A stretch of 64,000 nucleotides of DNA. Source: Octopus sinensis (Eukaryota). The stretch lies in contig NC_043003.1 in the NCBI RefSeq assembly GCF_006345805.1, positions 74,772,001-74,836,000 on the forward strand, written 5' to 3'. Positions 14,811 through 27,856 of this stretch are shown in pieces. Made by a program: the position numbers and the translations under genes. The notes under the pieces are model-generated. The model was not told the DNA's origin, did no database searches, and saw only the letters and a program-made list of their open reading frames with translations. The stretch's first letter is position 1. Each line of letters opens with the position of its first letter.

Positions 14811-15740
14811 TATGTATACAGTCACGCACACACTCATTCATCTTTCATATATTTCTCTCTCATAAATATCTCTGTAAGCTTTCTTCCTCTTGTCCTTTTC
14901 CCATCCTCCACTTTTCTCTCTTCTTTCTTTCTAACTTATTCTTTTTTATATGCCAAGATATCGACAATTTTCAAAGTGTAGCACAACGATTTGGCTATGG
15001 AATTGTGAAACTATTTTTTCATTTTCTGAAAGAGCAATGATTTTGAGTTACGGCCCTTTTGCATAACAGCAACAATATACATGCATATAGGGATGAATAA
15101 AAAAAATGAAAGGAATTTCAAATGTATATCCAGTGACAGGAATATTTCACAAGTATGGTGACATACTTGTAGCCTGAAGTCGAGCCTTGTATAGCATATG
15201 ACAAGATTTTACCCGGTTTTACCCAAAATGTATTCAACCTCTATACATGCATACATACACACACACATATACATATACATACTACATACATACATACACC
15301 ACACACAAATATATAATATATATATATATATATATAGATTATATATATATATATGTATATATTAGATATATTATATATATATATGTATATATATATTATT
15401 ATATATATATATATATATTATATATATATATATATATTATATATATATATATGCATATTGATATATATATATATATATGCATATATGCATGCATGAATAA
15501 TTTTACATGTGTGAGTGGTCCCTTCGTTTATGAATTTAGTGTTTGTTTACTTTTACCATATTCAATCAACTTTAGCTGAAAATAAAACAAAACTTAATCT
15601 TTTTTTTTCAGAAATATATATTAACTAAAACCAGAATATATCCAAACTGAGATACAAAGTGATGACTGAAGATTGTACATAGGATCTGCCAAAAATAATG
15701 TAAGTGCATTATACTCTTCTCTTTACATATATTGATTTCA

Positions 15741-15922
15741 GTGGAGGGGGTTAAGTCGATTATATTGGTCCCAGTACCTATCTGGTACATATGTTTTCGA
15801 CCACAGAAGTGAAGAAAGACAAATTTGACCTCGGAGAATTTTGAATTCAGATCGTGAAGACGAGCGAAATGACGCTAAGCGTTTCACCCACCGTGCTGCA
15901 GATTCTGCAAGCTTGGTGCCTC
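15741..15922 (-). mobile_element. SINE family C, degenerate
   Basis: Reverse complement aligns with 26348-26562 and 43001-43245 (GCAGAATC...AGCACG...AAACGCTTAGCG...CTGAATTCAAAATTCTCCGAGGTC...ACTGGGACC..TATAATCGACTT). Confidence 0.7.
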
Positions 15923-16464
15923 ATTTACTATCTGGAATATTAATTGGCTAACAAAATCTGCAGAGCGTCGGAAAACAGTCATTGGTTATCATAGGTTTCG
16001 TTTACAATCCAAATATAATTCCCATTACATTCATTCAAAATCCACCTGATGTCAGTAGTAGGCGTTGTCGATTGACACTTTAAGTCGGATATGACTGTCT
16101 AACAGAAGAGCCAAATAATGAACAATCCTACTTTTTAGGAATTGGTTCGGAATTTCTAAAGTTCGATAGCTAAACCAATTCATGATATTGCTGCAAATTC
16201 AATTTCTTATTCAATCCCAACGGTGTCTATTGTCTATTTCATAAATTGTATATTGTGATCTCTCAGATATTCATGTTATTATTGATATATATTTGTCTGC
16301 TTCAGTAACTCTCTACTTATGAAGTATGCATGTATGTATATATCTATCTATCTATCTAGCTATCTCTCACACTCATCATCTCCCTTTCATTATATGCATA
16401 TTTATAAACACACATATACCCACATACTTGAATATATATTATATATATATATATATATATACCG

Positions 16465-16575
16465 ATAGGTCACACAAAGTGTGTCAATAGCCAGCTGGAG
16501 AAGATTTTCTCCTGGGACTACAAGCTACAGTAACACCCACCCTTAATGGTTAGCCACATTTAGATGGCAAATATA
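16465..16575 (-). repeat. Copy of the structured repeat also found at 37115-37226
   Basis: Reverse complement TATATTTGCCATCTAAATGTGGCTAACCATTAAGGGTGGGTGTTACTGTAGCTTGTAGTCCCAGGAGAAAATCTTCTCCAGCTGGCTATTGACACACTTTGTGTGACCTATC aligns end to end with 37115-37226. It is embedded in a (TA)n tract. Confidence 0.8.
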
Positions 16576-16587
16576 TATAATATATAT

Positions 16588-16621
<34 letters not shown>

Positions 16622-18022
16622 CATGTGTGTGTGTATTGTTGGCATATGTGTCTCAGTGCATATGCATGATTCACATATGGATGTATTTGTATATGTATCT
16701 GCAACCTCATAACACTTTTCCTGATTAGTATTATAATGTAACAGCGGCCGAGTTCTACCAGACGTCTTAATTTTGCAAAAGAATAGAATTAGATAATGGC
16801 ATCGCTATAACAATGGCTTTTTATTAATAACAAAGATTTCTTTATTGAGGTCCATAATGGAATCGTAATTGTATATTATTAAACACTGAAACAATATGAA
16901 GCATACTGTGTCATTCAATTTAAAATATCTAATATCCTTTTATATATATTAAAGAAATATATTGTTCACTAAGAACAAATTGATTCTTAAAATGTCTGAT
17001 CCTTCGCACTCTACTCTCTACAAAAATATAATATTAGCAATATATATATATATAAATTATAACATAGTTTTCAATATAAATTCCATAAAAATATATGTAG
17101 AACCTTTTATTAAATTTCTGTACATATAATTGAGAATATTTTTTATTCATAAAAATATAAATTGAGCATATTTAGCAATTTACGGTCCTATACTTCAATG
17201 AAATATGAGAAAAATATGAGGAAGGGAAAAGAATACGAGCTTATAGATTTATCTTATTCCCATTTGCTTTCCTCTGTCTACAAATATGTGTGCATGTGTA
17301 TGCGAGTGTATGTGCGTGTTTCTGCGTATGCTTATTTATAAGAAGTTTGAATCAGAAGAGAATGCGAAATTAAGTCATAAACTTTATTACATCAAGGTTG
17401 TTTCTACTTTAAGATGCAATGCTTGTGTAACGCCCTATATCCTCAACGGAGGTTACAAATGAAGTGAGGCTATATTCGGACAAAATATAAAAGGGCACTC
17501 CATGTTTGATGCTCTGATGAAGTTATAGGGCTATACACAAGCATTTGCTATGAGTGCTTTGATTCTTATAGCAGGAACAGCTGTAACCTATTGGCATTCA
17601 TGATTTAACTTGTTATTCCGTTGTCATTCTAATTTCTTATTATTCCTCTGCACTCAACTGATGCTTCGTTCTGAAGCATTTGCAGAATGCGTTCTAACCC
17701 CAGGTTGTCAGTAATGCATGGTAGATTCTGAGTGTGGTTTCTCACTGGGAACATTCCTTGATTTGGATCTTACGTGTATAGTGTGCCGTAAACTGCATGT
17801 CGGAGTATAATCTCGTGTACCATAACGGATACGATTTGTATTTGGTCTATACTTGTGAATGAATTCGTAACTAAATAGACACACCCGTTCTTGCTTTAGT
17901 AATTTTAGTAAGTACTTGAGTGTTCGTACATATTGCTAGGGCACATTTATGATATCCTCGGCTCTACACTAGTGCTTTTGTTATTAAAATATGCTGAGTT
18001 TATTGGATCCTGGTGCATTTAT

Positions 18023-18097
<75 letters not shown>

Positions 18098-18129
18098 TAT
18101 GTATACACATATACACAATACATATACTC

Positions 18130-18543
18130 ATTTCCTCATTTATTGTTTCAGTCATTTGACAGCGACCATGCTGGAGCACCGCATTTAGTCGAGCAAATCG
18201 ATCCCAGAACTTAATATTTGTAAGCCTGGTACTTATGCTATCATCATTTTTACGGCTAAGTTACGGGGGCGTAAACACACCAGCATCGCTTGTCAAACGA
18301 TGTTGGTAGGGGGACAAACAGACACACGAACACATACACAGACAAGCATATATATATTATATATATATATATACACATATAAGACGGGCTTCTTGCAGTT
18401 CGGTCTACCAAATCCACTCCGAAGGCTTTGGTTGGCCCGAAGCTATAGTAGAAGACACGTGCCGAACGTGTTACGTAGTAGGGCTGAACCTGGGATCATG
18501 TGGTTGGTAATCAACCTACTTACCACACATCCACTCCTGGGCA
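18130..18543 (-). mobile_element. SINE family B, near full length
   Basis: Reverse complement is collinear with 14401-14768 and has the best-preserved tail, GCGGTGCTCCAGCATGGTCGCTGTCAAATGACTGAAAC. Confidence 0.9.
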
Positions 18544-18966
18544 TATATATATATATTTGCCACAGAACGTCCCAAAACTAAGCAGTAGTATCTAAGCCAT
18601 GTCCAAGCCCACTTACTTTACCTCTGAAGGAAACAAATTATACCAAAGTAAGTGATCTCTACAAACTCTGTCAACTTAGCAAGAATGAAGACCGAACCAG
18701 AATTAGAAGATTAAGATACGAAAGATTGACAACTGAGCTTAACGTATGTGCATTCCAGTCAGTAGCTGCCGATTCGGATATGTTTGAAGCTCCGATGAAC
18801 CTATAGGGTTATTTCCCACGCGCGCTTGTGCACACACACGTCTGTCTATATGCACATATATACGGAGAGAAATGCTAAATTTTCTGAATAGATATATGGA
18901 TATAACTTTATTCATATATTTGTATATCCCTGTGTATATATTTATTCATATCTATGTATATATAAA

Positions 18967-19107
18967 ATAACAGTATAATCCAGCTTTGCCCGGGATTAAG
19001 TTAGGATTATTAAGCTAATCAAATTCTGATTTCAAACAAAACTAAGTAACATCGACGTCAAATTGGGCGAAATCCGTTGAAATTGGTTTATATATATATA
19101 TATAAAA

Positions 19108-19176
<69 letters not shown>

Positions 19177-19639
19177 TGTATATGTAACATATATATATAT
19201 TTATATGGGCAACACACACACACATACACACACGTACGTACATACACCTATTGCATGCATGTTTTTGTAGGCATACATGTTCGTCTGTGTGTGTGTGTTG
19301 TCCGTATATCAACAAAACACATTTTTCCTCCATGGAAAAAAAGAATGAAGTCTTTAGAAAACTTACCCGTTGCTAGAAGGAGACTTAAATCTTGTTTGCT
19401 GTTTGCATACAATGGTGATTTCTCCGACTTGGAAATTGTTTAAAGTTTTCGTTGAAAATTAATTTTTGTTGCTATTTGCTGGTGCCTCAGGAAAGAAAAA
19501 GTTGACGAAAATATACCGAGGGTAATGACGAATCTCCACCTAAAATTAGAGCGACATTCGTGCTAATTTGTGGATGTGCATAAATTACATTCACGTACAC
19601 ACACACACACACAAACATCCTGCCATTTATATATACAGA
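18967..19639 (-). mobile_element. Degenerate non-autonomous Helitron
   Basis: The minus-strand 5' end A|TCTGTATATATAAATGGCAGGATGTTTG(TG)n resembles the Helitron starts at 33344 and 35691. The other end, ATAACAGTATAATCCAGCTTTGCCCGGG, resembles CTAGCAGTATCGCCCGGCGTTGCTCGGG at 34124 with the CTAG eroded. Confidence 0.5.
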
Positions 19640-20088
19640 TAAGTGTGTGTTTGTGCTTGTGTGTGTGCTGGTTTCATTGTTAACTGCAATACATGTTTTA
19701 GCTACAAGGTGTAAACGTAGTTTGATATTTTTCCTTATATAAAGTATTGTTTTCGTAAAGGCAGTGAAATATTTAAACGTATTTCACGTTGTTACTGCGT
19801 AGGATGAACAAGTAAGATTTTGGGTCCGATATTGATTCTTAACGAAATCGTGTTTGTTGACCCGTAGTCTCATGGTTAATATTCTCTTAACTTGAATGAT
19901 TATGATACGGTCATGGTTTCAATCCTTTTGTTTTCTAGATTATAAACGTATGCATTTTTTCTGTGGCTTTCCCAAGCTAATGTTCTTTTATATTTTGTGG
20001 GAACACAGTCCAATTACATGCAAATAAATTGTAACGTATATTTACAGATTGTAAATTAGAAGGGGCATCAAATATTTTAGTTGGGCAC

Positions 20089-20460
20089 TAGGGCAGCGGA
20101 CTCGTGGTCATAGGATCGCGGTTTCGATTCCCAGACCGGGCGTTGTGAGTGTTTTTTGAGCGAAAACACCTAAAAGCTCCACGAGGCTCCGGCAGGGGAT
20201 GGTGGTGATCCCTGCTGTACTCTTTCACCGCAACTTTCTCTCACTCTTACTTCCTGTTTCTGTTGTACCTGTATTTCAAGGGGCCGGCCTTGTCACTCTC
20301 TGTGTCGCGCTGAATATCCCCGAGAACTACGTTAAGGGTGCACGTGTCTGTGGAGTGCTCAGCCACTTACACGTTAATTTCACGAGCAGGCTGTTCCGTT
20401 GATTCGGATCAACCGGAACCCTCATCGTCGTAACCGACGGAGTGCTTCTATCCATCCATC
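20089..20460 (+). mobile_element. tRNA-derived SINE family A, slightly 5'-truncated
   Basis: TAGGGCAGCGGACTCGTGGTCATAGGATCGCGGTTTCGATTCCCAGACCGGG (B box), near-identical to the head at 27625, ending in an (ATCC)n tail. Confidence 0.9.
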
Positions 20461-21157
20461 TCCATGTGTGGATTGAACGTTATTTCTTAGAGTTCCAACC
20501 ATAATGGTTTCCATAATATCAAATAATAATGATGTTGTCGCTTTCTATTTTATTAATTTACGATTAAGTTTACGTTGAGGCGTATACGTTCCCTGTTTAA
20601 TTCGTTATCCAGTAGATTTTTGATCCTACGGCATATAAATATCCGCCTACGTTTTACTCCACGTTGTATTGGGACGTTCATATCCTGATATAGGAATAAG
20701 TCTAATTAAATCGACTTTTCATTTGTCCCAAAATTGTAGGTTAATCTTTAAACACGTCTAATATCTAAGTAGTACGAGTTAAAATGTCTTAATAACGTTG
20801 CTTCATCGAAAGTTTATGGGGCTATAAAGGAAATTGGGGGCTACGTACAATCATTTTTAGTTATGGTGAATTTGTGACATGTATGTGTACGTTCGACTGT
20901 ATATATGTATTTATGCGTACTCGTAATGTAATTCTCTAGCACACGATTCGTTAAAAACTGGATGAAAAGGCCGCAAGCTAAACGATAACATTCAATACAG
21001 TTTTCTGCCGCGGAAAAGTACACACTAAGTATACGCCTGCTCAGGGCTACGGAAAGCGATAGATATGATCCGCATTACGGTGACTCCTACTATTCTTGTT
21101 GCAAAAACATCATTTCAACATACTCGCACCTACATGTATATATATATATATATTAAT

Positions 21158-21191
<34 letters not shown>

Positions 21192-21543
21192 CAGAGAGAG
21201 AGAGAGAGAGAAAGAAAGGTTCAGATGAATATGGTGCTTAAGTTGAGGCACCAGAATTTAGTACGGTGTTATCCATAAAATTTCAAAATAAGGGGATTAA
21301 AAATCAAAATAAGCAAGAAGGATATCCACAGGTAATGCATTACAATTGTCTCCTGGATCTCCATTTAATTGAACAATACAACCATCACATTCAATTTAAA
21401 TTGACAGAGCAATCTTCAACTGCACAAGACGTAGGATTAATAAATTAGAACAGATGGACATAGTAGTATATATATATATATATATAATATATAATATATT
21501 AATATATAATATATATATATATATAATATATATATGCATATAT

Positions 21544-21698
21544 ACGACGGGCTTTTTCAGTTTCCGTCTACCAAATCCATTCACAAGGATTTTGTTTGCC
21601 CGAGGCTATAGTAGAAGTCACTTGTCCAAGGTGCCACGCAATGGGACAAAACCCAGAACCATGTTATTCGTAAGCAAGCTACTTACCACACAGCCATT
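21544..21698 (-). mobile_element. SINE family B, 5' half
   Basis: Reverse complement matches 14410-14556. Confidence 0.85.
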
Positions 21699-22071
21699 TC
21701 TTTCCAGAACTGGGCGCCACTGCGTGGTGCCTAGGACTACAAATTTGCCATCAAGATGTAGGACAAGATACTGTGATAGCCTGGGCTTCCGAGGCCCACA
21801 GCTCTTCAATATCCTCCCGAAGAACCTGAGAGACCTGCATGGGGTGGATGCAGATGTCTTTAAAATGAAACTGGATCTCTTCCTGTCAGGTGTCCCAGAT
21901 GAACCAACTTCACGGCAGGAGGTGCAGATGAGGGCAGCTGCATCGAACTCTCTCAGTTGCTAGAGAGCGTTCGTGAAGTAAATCCAAGTAGCAACACCAA
22001 ATGGCGGTGCCCCAGCATGGCCCAGCTCATGAGCTGAAACTAGATTCAGTCGATCAATCAATCAATCAATC

Positions 22072-22072
<1 letters not shown>
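21699..22072 (+). mobile_element. 5'-truncated CR1/L2-group LINE (ORF2 C-terminus, 3' UTR, (ATCA)n tail)
   Basis: RTGRHCVVP...RTRYCDSLGFRGPQLFNILPKNLR...FKMKLDLFL..VPDEP matches the R-x(4-5)-N-x-LP...FK-xx-LD-xx-L C-terminal pattern of CR1-group ORF2. Stop at 21963, followed by a short tandem-repeat tail. Confidence 0.8.
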
Positions 22073-22133
<61 letters not shown>

Positions 22134-22177
22134 TATTATATATATATATATATATATATAATATTATATATATATTA

Positions 22178-22260
22178 TAGGATGGCGAATACAATACTCG
22201 TTATAAATATCACCACCAGTGGACCTAGCATGATATCTATAACGAGTATTCGCCACCCTA
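22178..22260. repeat. Fold-back inverted repeat inside a (TA)n tract
   Basis: TAGGATGGCGAATAC(AATAC)TCGTTATAAATATCA pairs with TGATATCTATAACGAGTATTCGCCACCCTA. Confidence 0.8.
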
Positions 22261-22433
22261 TATATATATGTACCTTATGAATATATTCTTAGCATTCTCG
22301 AAGTTTCAGCTCGGCATTGTATCTATTGCTGAATGTGAATACACATTGCGCGCAATATTTGAAAAATTATAGCATATAATGATGGGACACGTGTTATCCT
22401 GTCTCTGAGTTATAAGCTAGTTGTTTAGGCTGC

Positions 22434-22532
22434 TTACTGACGAGGATTCGCCTGTGAGATAATTGCTAAATTATCTATTAAAAGATAGCAAACGATATTA
22501 TTCTGCTTAAGTAATCCGAAACCAAGATATAA
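22434..22532 (+). ncRNA. Type-I hammerhead ribozyme motif with long helix-II insertion
   Basis: TTA | CTGACGA | GGATT...AATCC | GAAA C CAAG A TA | TAA. Canonical core, 5-bp helix II base, one mismatch in helix III, AUA triplet. Confidence 0.55.
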
Positions 22533-22673
22533 TCGTTATATAACAAGGTAAAGGTTTTATTTTTCATTTACTTCGAAATTTGCTATAAAATTGTGGTGTT
22601 TTGGCCGTGTTGGCTGCTATTTCTAGCATGTAAAATTGCCTGTTAAAGGGTAATTTTCTATTTTGAAATACGC

Positions 22674-22711
<38 letters not shown>

Positions 22712-23156
22712 ATGTATTTATATAAATATACATGTGTGCTTGTGTGCAAGTGTATGCGTACAGTCCATGTATGTATGAATACGTTGTCTGCAATTTCTTT
22801 GTGTAGCCTAAAGAAACTGCAATCATATTGAATATGTTATAGATGTATGATTATAAGGTAACGATTCCACTATAATCTCCCTTTCCCACCCCTTTCTCTC
22901 ACACATATAGGCATCGTATATTGTACCGTATTTGCGTGTGCGTACTTGCGTATTATTTTCTCTGAATCTCCTTTGTTTTTGTTCATAATCAAAGACAATG
23001 CAGTCCCAAATTTAGTATTTGGTTCTCAGATATACTTATTTTCTAATCTGTTTCTATTTCTAGTTTTATTTCTACGTTAATCCGCTGCTTATCCCTGTAA
23101 TATCCCAATATACTTGAATGGTGATTTCACTTTGAATTCGGCTCTCGGAAATAGAA

Positions 23157-23197
<41 letters not shown>

Positions 23198-23548
23198 ACA
23201 TATATACATAAATACATATACATATAGATACACAGGCATACACACACACACCACACACACAAACACACACACACTTATATATATATATTTGACCGTGTAT
23301 GTGTGTAGGATTGTCGGTGATGTGTGTTTGTGTGTGTGTGTATTTGTGTGTATATGCATATACTAACGAACACTCTCATACACGAGGACATATACAAGGA
23401 ATACATCCTTTCTTCGAAATCGAAAGATACAATATTTTTTTCCATTCATATTTGAATAGCATAACATGAAGTTTGTTATATATATTGGCTATAAGCGATG
23501 GAGCGCTTGGAAAATATTCGTAAGTCGATTTCATTGCCGCTGCTGCTG

Positions 23549-23588
<40 letters not shown>

Positions 23589-24155
23589 CTTGAGTAATCT
23601 TCTCCATAATTTTCGAAATACAGAAACATTGTATATTGTGGACATTTTATCAGAGATTTTTCAACAAGAAGTATCTAAGATTATATTATAATATAATATA
23701 TCATATTAATCATATCATATTTTATTTATATGTACATATATATTGCTGTTGCTTGTGTGTCATGATATTTGGACAATATTCAGTCATGCTGATGATCGTA
23801 TTGATGTACCTGATATTTGTTTCAAATTGTGACCAATGGTCAGCAGTTTCCTAGGAGTGTTGTGCTTTTCGCGTTGCGTGTTAACGATCCTGCCAACTCG
23901 CCACCAAGGTGCAGGTGATATTGGAGGAGGTGGTGATGCATTGTTGCTGAACATCTTCCCTCAATTTTCACATATTTACGTAAATTTTCACATGGTATGT
24001 TTTGCCTCTGATGTTTGTACGCATTAGTATGTTTACATTTAGTCTCTTCAACATCACCTTCACTACAAAACAAAACTCACTTTTCTAATTTGGTAGATGC
24101 ATGTATTCGCATCCATCAAATGTATTTTAAGGATACATACATATATATGTGTGTA

Positions 24156-24191
<36 letters not shown>

Positions 24192-24528
24192 ACTTGCTGT
24201 GTGTTATGTGGACTGCACTTGTGTATGTTTTTGTGTTTTCACAAACTTATCTTTATACCTGTGTTCATTCCCGCCACCGCTTGAGAAACGATGTTGGTGC
24301 GTGTACGACCCTTTAACAGACCTGTTGTTCAAAAGGGACCGATAGACTATATCTGTCTCACTTTCAATACCTGTGTATATATAAATTAATATTTAAATAT
24401 ATATCAAGGGCAAACAAGTACGTATACAAGTCGCCTACATGCTTAGAAGAAGACGCCAATACCTAAAATCTTCCTAACATATCACCATAAATTAACACGC
24501 GCCGTACTTGTGCACATAAACGAAACAT

Positions 24529-25035
24529 ATATATACATATATACATACAAAACATATATATATATATATATATTATATACTATATATATATATTATATCT
24601 ACATATAATACATATACATACATATACAATATATACATATACATATATATATATATAACGATATATACATACATATACACTATTATAATATACATATTAT
24701 ATATACATATACATATATATACATATACATATATATACATTTACATATACATATACATATTTATATCTATAATATAATATATACATATCATATTATATAC
24801 ATATATATATATATATACATATTATATATATATAATATACATATATATATATATTATATATATATATATATACATATATTATATAATATTATATATATAT
24901 ATATATATATATACTAATATATACATATATATATACTATATATATATACATATACATATATAATAACACATATATATATATACACACATATACTATATAT
25001 ATGTTTTGTATGTGTATGTATATATATATATATAC
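24529..25035. repeat. Long degenerate (TA)n/(TACA)n microsatellite
   Basis: Read directly from the sequence. Confidence 0.95.
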
Positions 25036-25506
25036 ATGCATACAAACATATGGTGTATATATATTATATGAAGGAGCAAGGATTACGTAGCCAGAAGTGG
25101 TATGGTTAATCTTTTCATTGTGCAGATCGATTTGTCTGCACTTGATGCTTGCTTCATGTTTCATTATTTTATTGATGTAGTTGTGCAGCTAGTCATTGAT
25201 CACACAATACCTTCTGTTTCTGATTTCAGTTCACACCATTTGAGCCATTGTTAGCCTTCACTTTCGTGATTAATATTATCATTTTACTTATTGTTCGAAA
25301 AAGAAACCATTATTTTCTTAAAGCAAGAATTAGTAACAATTCAGAACAGAGCATAAAATGTTCGCAGTTTACACTACGCTGAAATTCTCCACAAGTAATT
25401 AAGTTTAACAGATTAAGAGATTAACTAAATACTAAAGTCTGTGGTAAAAATTGGTAATAAAAAATTGAAATATATAGCAAAATTCATAATATATTTTCGG
25501 CGTCAT

Positions 25507-25665
25507 CAGGAGTGCTGTGTAGTAAGAAATTTGCTTCACAATCACATAGTTCCTAGTTCAGTCCCACTGCGTAGCACATCAGTCAGATGCCTTATACTCT
25601 AGCCTCGGATTGACCAAATCATTGTGAGTGAGCTTAGTTGATGGAAACTGAATAATGCCAGTCAT
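25507..25665 (+). mobile_element. SINE family B, 5' half, degenerate
   Basis: CAGGAGTGCTGTGTAGTAAGAAATTTGCTT...GTTCAGTCCCACTGCGTAGCAC...TTGTGAGTG...GGAAACTGAA aligns with 14405-14556. Confidence 0.75.
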
Positions 25666-26347
25666 ATATAAATACATGCATATATATAATAATAATTGAG
25701 GAAAGAGATGGATGATAGATTAATCATTGATTTTTATTCCGTACGACAATTGTTTCGACCCATCCTGCAACAGTCTGTCATGGGTAGGATTTTGTGCATC
25801 TAATTGTCTTGCATAAATCTGTGCAGTTTGTGTCACATCCGTTACAGCCATAATGAAGGGGATGATACGCTGGGTGTACTGGGATGTCCTAGACATTTTG
25901 TTCGTGTGTCTGCTGTATTTTGGTTATGGCTGGTTACAGTCGTCCGTGGGTATGCAACATAAAATTAAAATCATACATTCATAAAATATAGAGTACAAAT
26001 TATCAAATAAATATTACAAACTTGAGTTACGTCTATCTCCCGTTTCTTTCATCCATTATTATTACCATTATCTCAGCTAACAATGCGAAATTCTTGAAGT
26101 TAATCTACTGAAATATACGCCAACCGTGGATGACACTAGGTACGTTCCCACTCGAACTGGGAACGTGCTTTACTCAACACATTTATTGACATACCAATTG
26201 AACAGTGGGTTCGATAAAATCGACATAGTCTCTTACCAAAAATTGTTAGCCTTATGCCAAAATTTGAAACCATTACACGTTATTTCGAAATTGCATTCAG
26301 GCTTATTCATCCAGAACATATATGTTTTGATTATATATGGGAAAAAA

Positions 26348-26562
26348 GGCGGCAAGCTGGCAAAATTATTAGCACGCCGGCCAAAATACTTAGTGGCATT
26401 TCGTGCGGCCATACGTTCTGAGTTTAACTTCTGCCGGGGCCATTTTGTTTCTTATCTTTCGCATACGATGAAATAATTACCAGTTACGTACTGATGTCGA
26501 TGTAATTGACTAGCCTACTCTAACAAAATTTCAGGCCTTCTAGCTATAGTAAAAAGTATTAT
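26348..26562 (+). mobile_element. SINE family C
   Basis: GGCGGCAAGCTGGCAAAATTATTAGCACGCCGG...GTTCTGAGTTTAACTTCTGCCG...TCGATGTAATTGACTAG...AAAATTTCAGGCCTT, collinear with 43001-43245. Confidence 0.75.
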
Positions 26563-26697
26563 ATATGGGTCATTCCTTTGCTACAAATATTATGAATGCA
26601 AACGCGTGTCTTTAGTATGTCCAATAAGTTGACTTATGCACAATTAGTATATCGGATATAATAGTATGCGCTCTTCTCTCCCTTCCCCTCTCTCTGT

Positions 26698-26698
26698 T

Positions 26699-26743
<45 letters not shown>

Positions 26744-26855
26744 GCATATATCTATATACATAGATATATACATAAATACATATATATATATATATTATAT
26801 ATACATATATATATATATACGTATATAGTAATTACATATATACATACATAATATA

Positions 26856-26917
<62 letters not shown>

Positions 26918-27032
26918 CATTATATATACATATACATATATATATACATATATATTATTCTATATATATACATATATATATACATACATATATATATATA
27001 CATATATATATACACACGTATATAATATATAC

Positions 27033-27065
<33 letters not shown>

Positions 27066-27309
27066 CATTACATATATATACATACATATATATACATAAT
27101 ATTATATATACATACTACATACATATATATACATATATATATATATATATACATTATATATATATACATGCATATATATATATATACATACATATATATA
27201 TATACATACATATATATATATTATACATACATATATATATATATACATACATATATTTATATATATATATACATACATATATATATATTATATATATACA
27301 TATATATAC

Positions 27310-27342
<33 letters not shown>

Positions 27343-27449
27343 CATATATATATACATATACATATATACATATATATATATAATACATACATATATATAC
27401 ATATATATATATACATACATATATATATACATACATTTTATATATATAT

Positions 27450-27480
<31 letters not shown>

Positions 27481-27621
27481 CTACATATATATATATACAT
27501 ACATAATATATATATTATTATATACATATATATACATATATATATACATATACATTTATTATATTATATATAAATATATATATATACATATTATATATAT
27601 ATATACATATATATATATACA
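26698..27621. repeat. About 0.9-kb (TA)n/(TACA)n microsatellite
   Basis: Read directly. It explains the Y/I-rich pseudo-ORFs here. Confidence 0.95.
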
Positions 27622-27624
27622 TGT

Positions 27625-27856
27625 GGAGGCGCAATGGCCCAGTGGTTAGGGCAGCGGACTTGCGGTCGGAGGATCGCCCAGTTTCGATTCCCAGACCGGG
27701 CGTTTGTGTGTGTTTATGAGCGAAAACACCTAAAAGCTCCACGAGGCTCCGGCAGGGGATGGTGTGATCCCTGCTGTACTCTTTCACCACTCTAAAGGCG
27801 GGCTCTAGCATGCCGCGCAGCATCAAATGACTGAAACAAGTACAAAAAAAAAAAGA
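27625..27856 (+). mobile_element. SINE with a family-A tRNA head and a family-B 3' tail
   Basis: 27625-27789 is near-identical to 20089-20229 and adds an intact A box (TGGCCCAGTGG). From about 27792 it switches to CTAAAGGCGGGCTCTAGCATG...CAAATGACTGAAACAAGTA, the family-B tail. Confidence 0.85.

Noticed and set aside
21454-21963. 169-aa ORF as a host gene
   Set aside because: Chance fusion of microsatellite, antisense SINE and LINE ORF2 C-terminus.
27625-27700. tRNA gene
   Set aside because: A and B boxes are present but the acceptor stem does not close and the sequence continues into a repeated SINE body. The same applies at 14401 and 20089.
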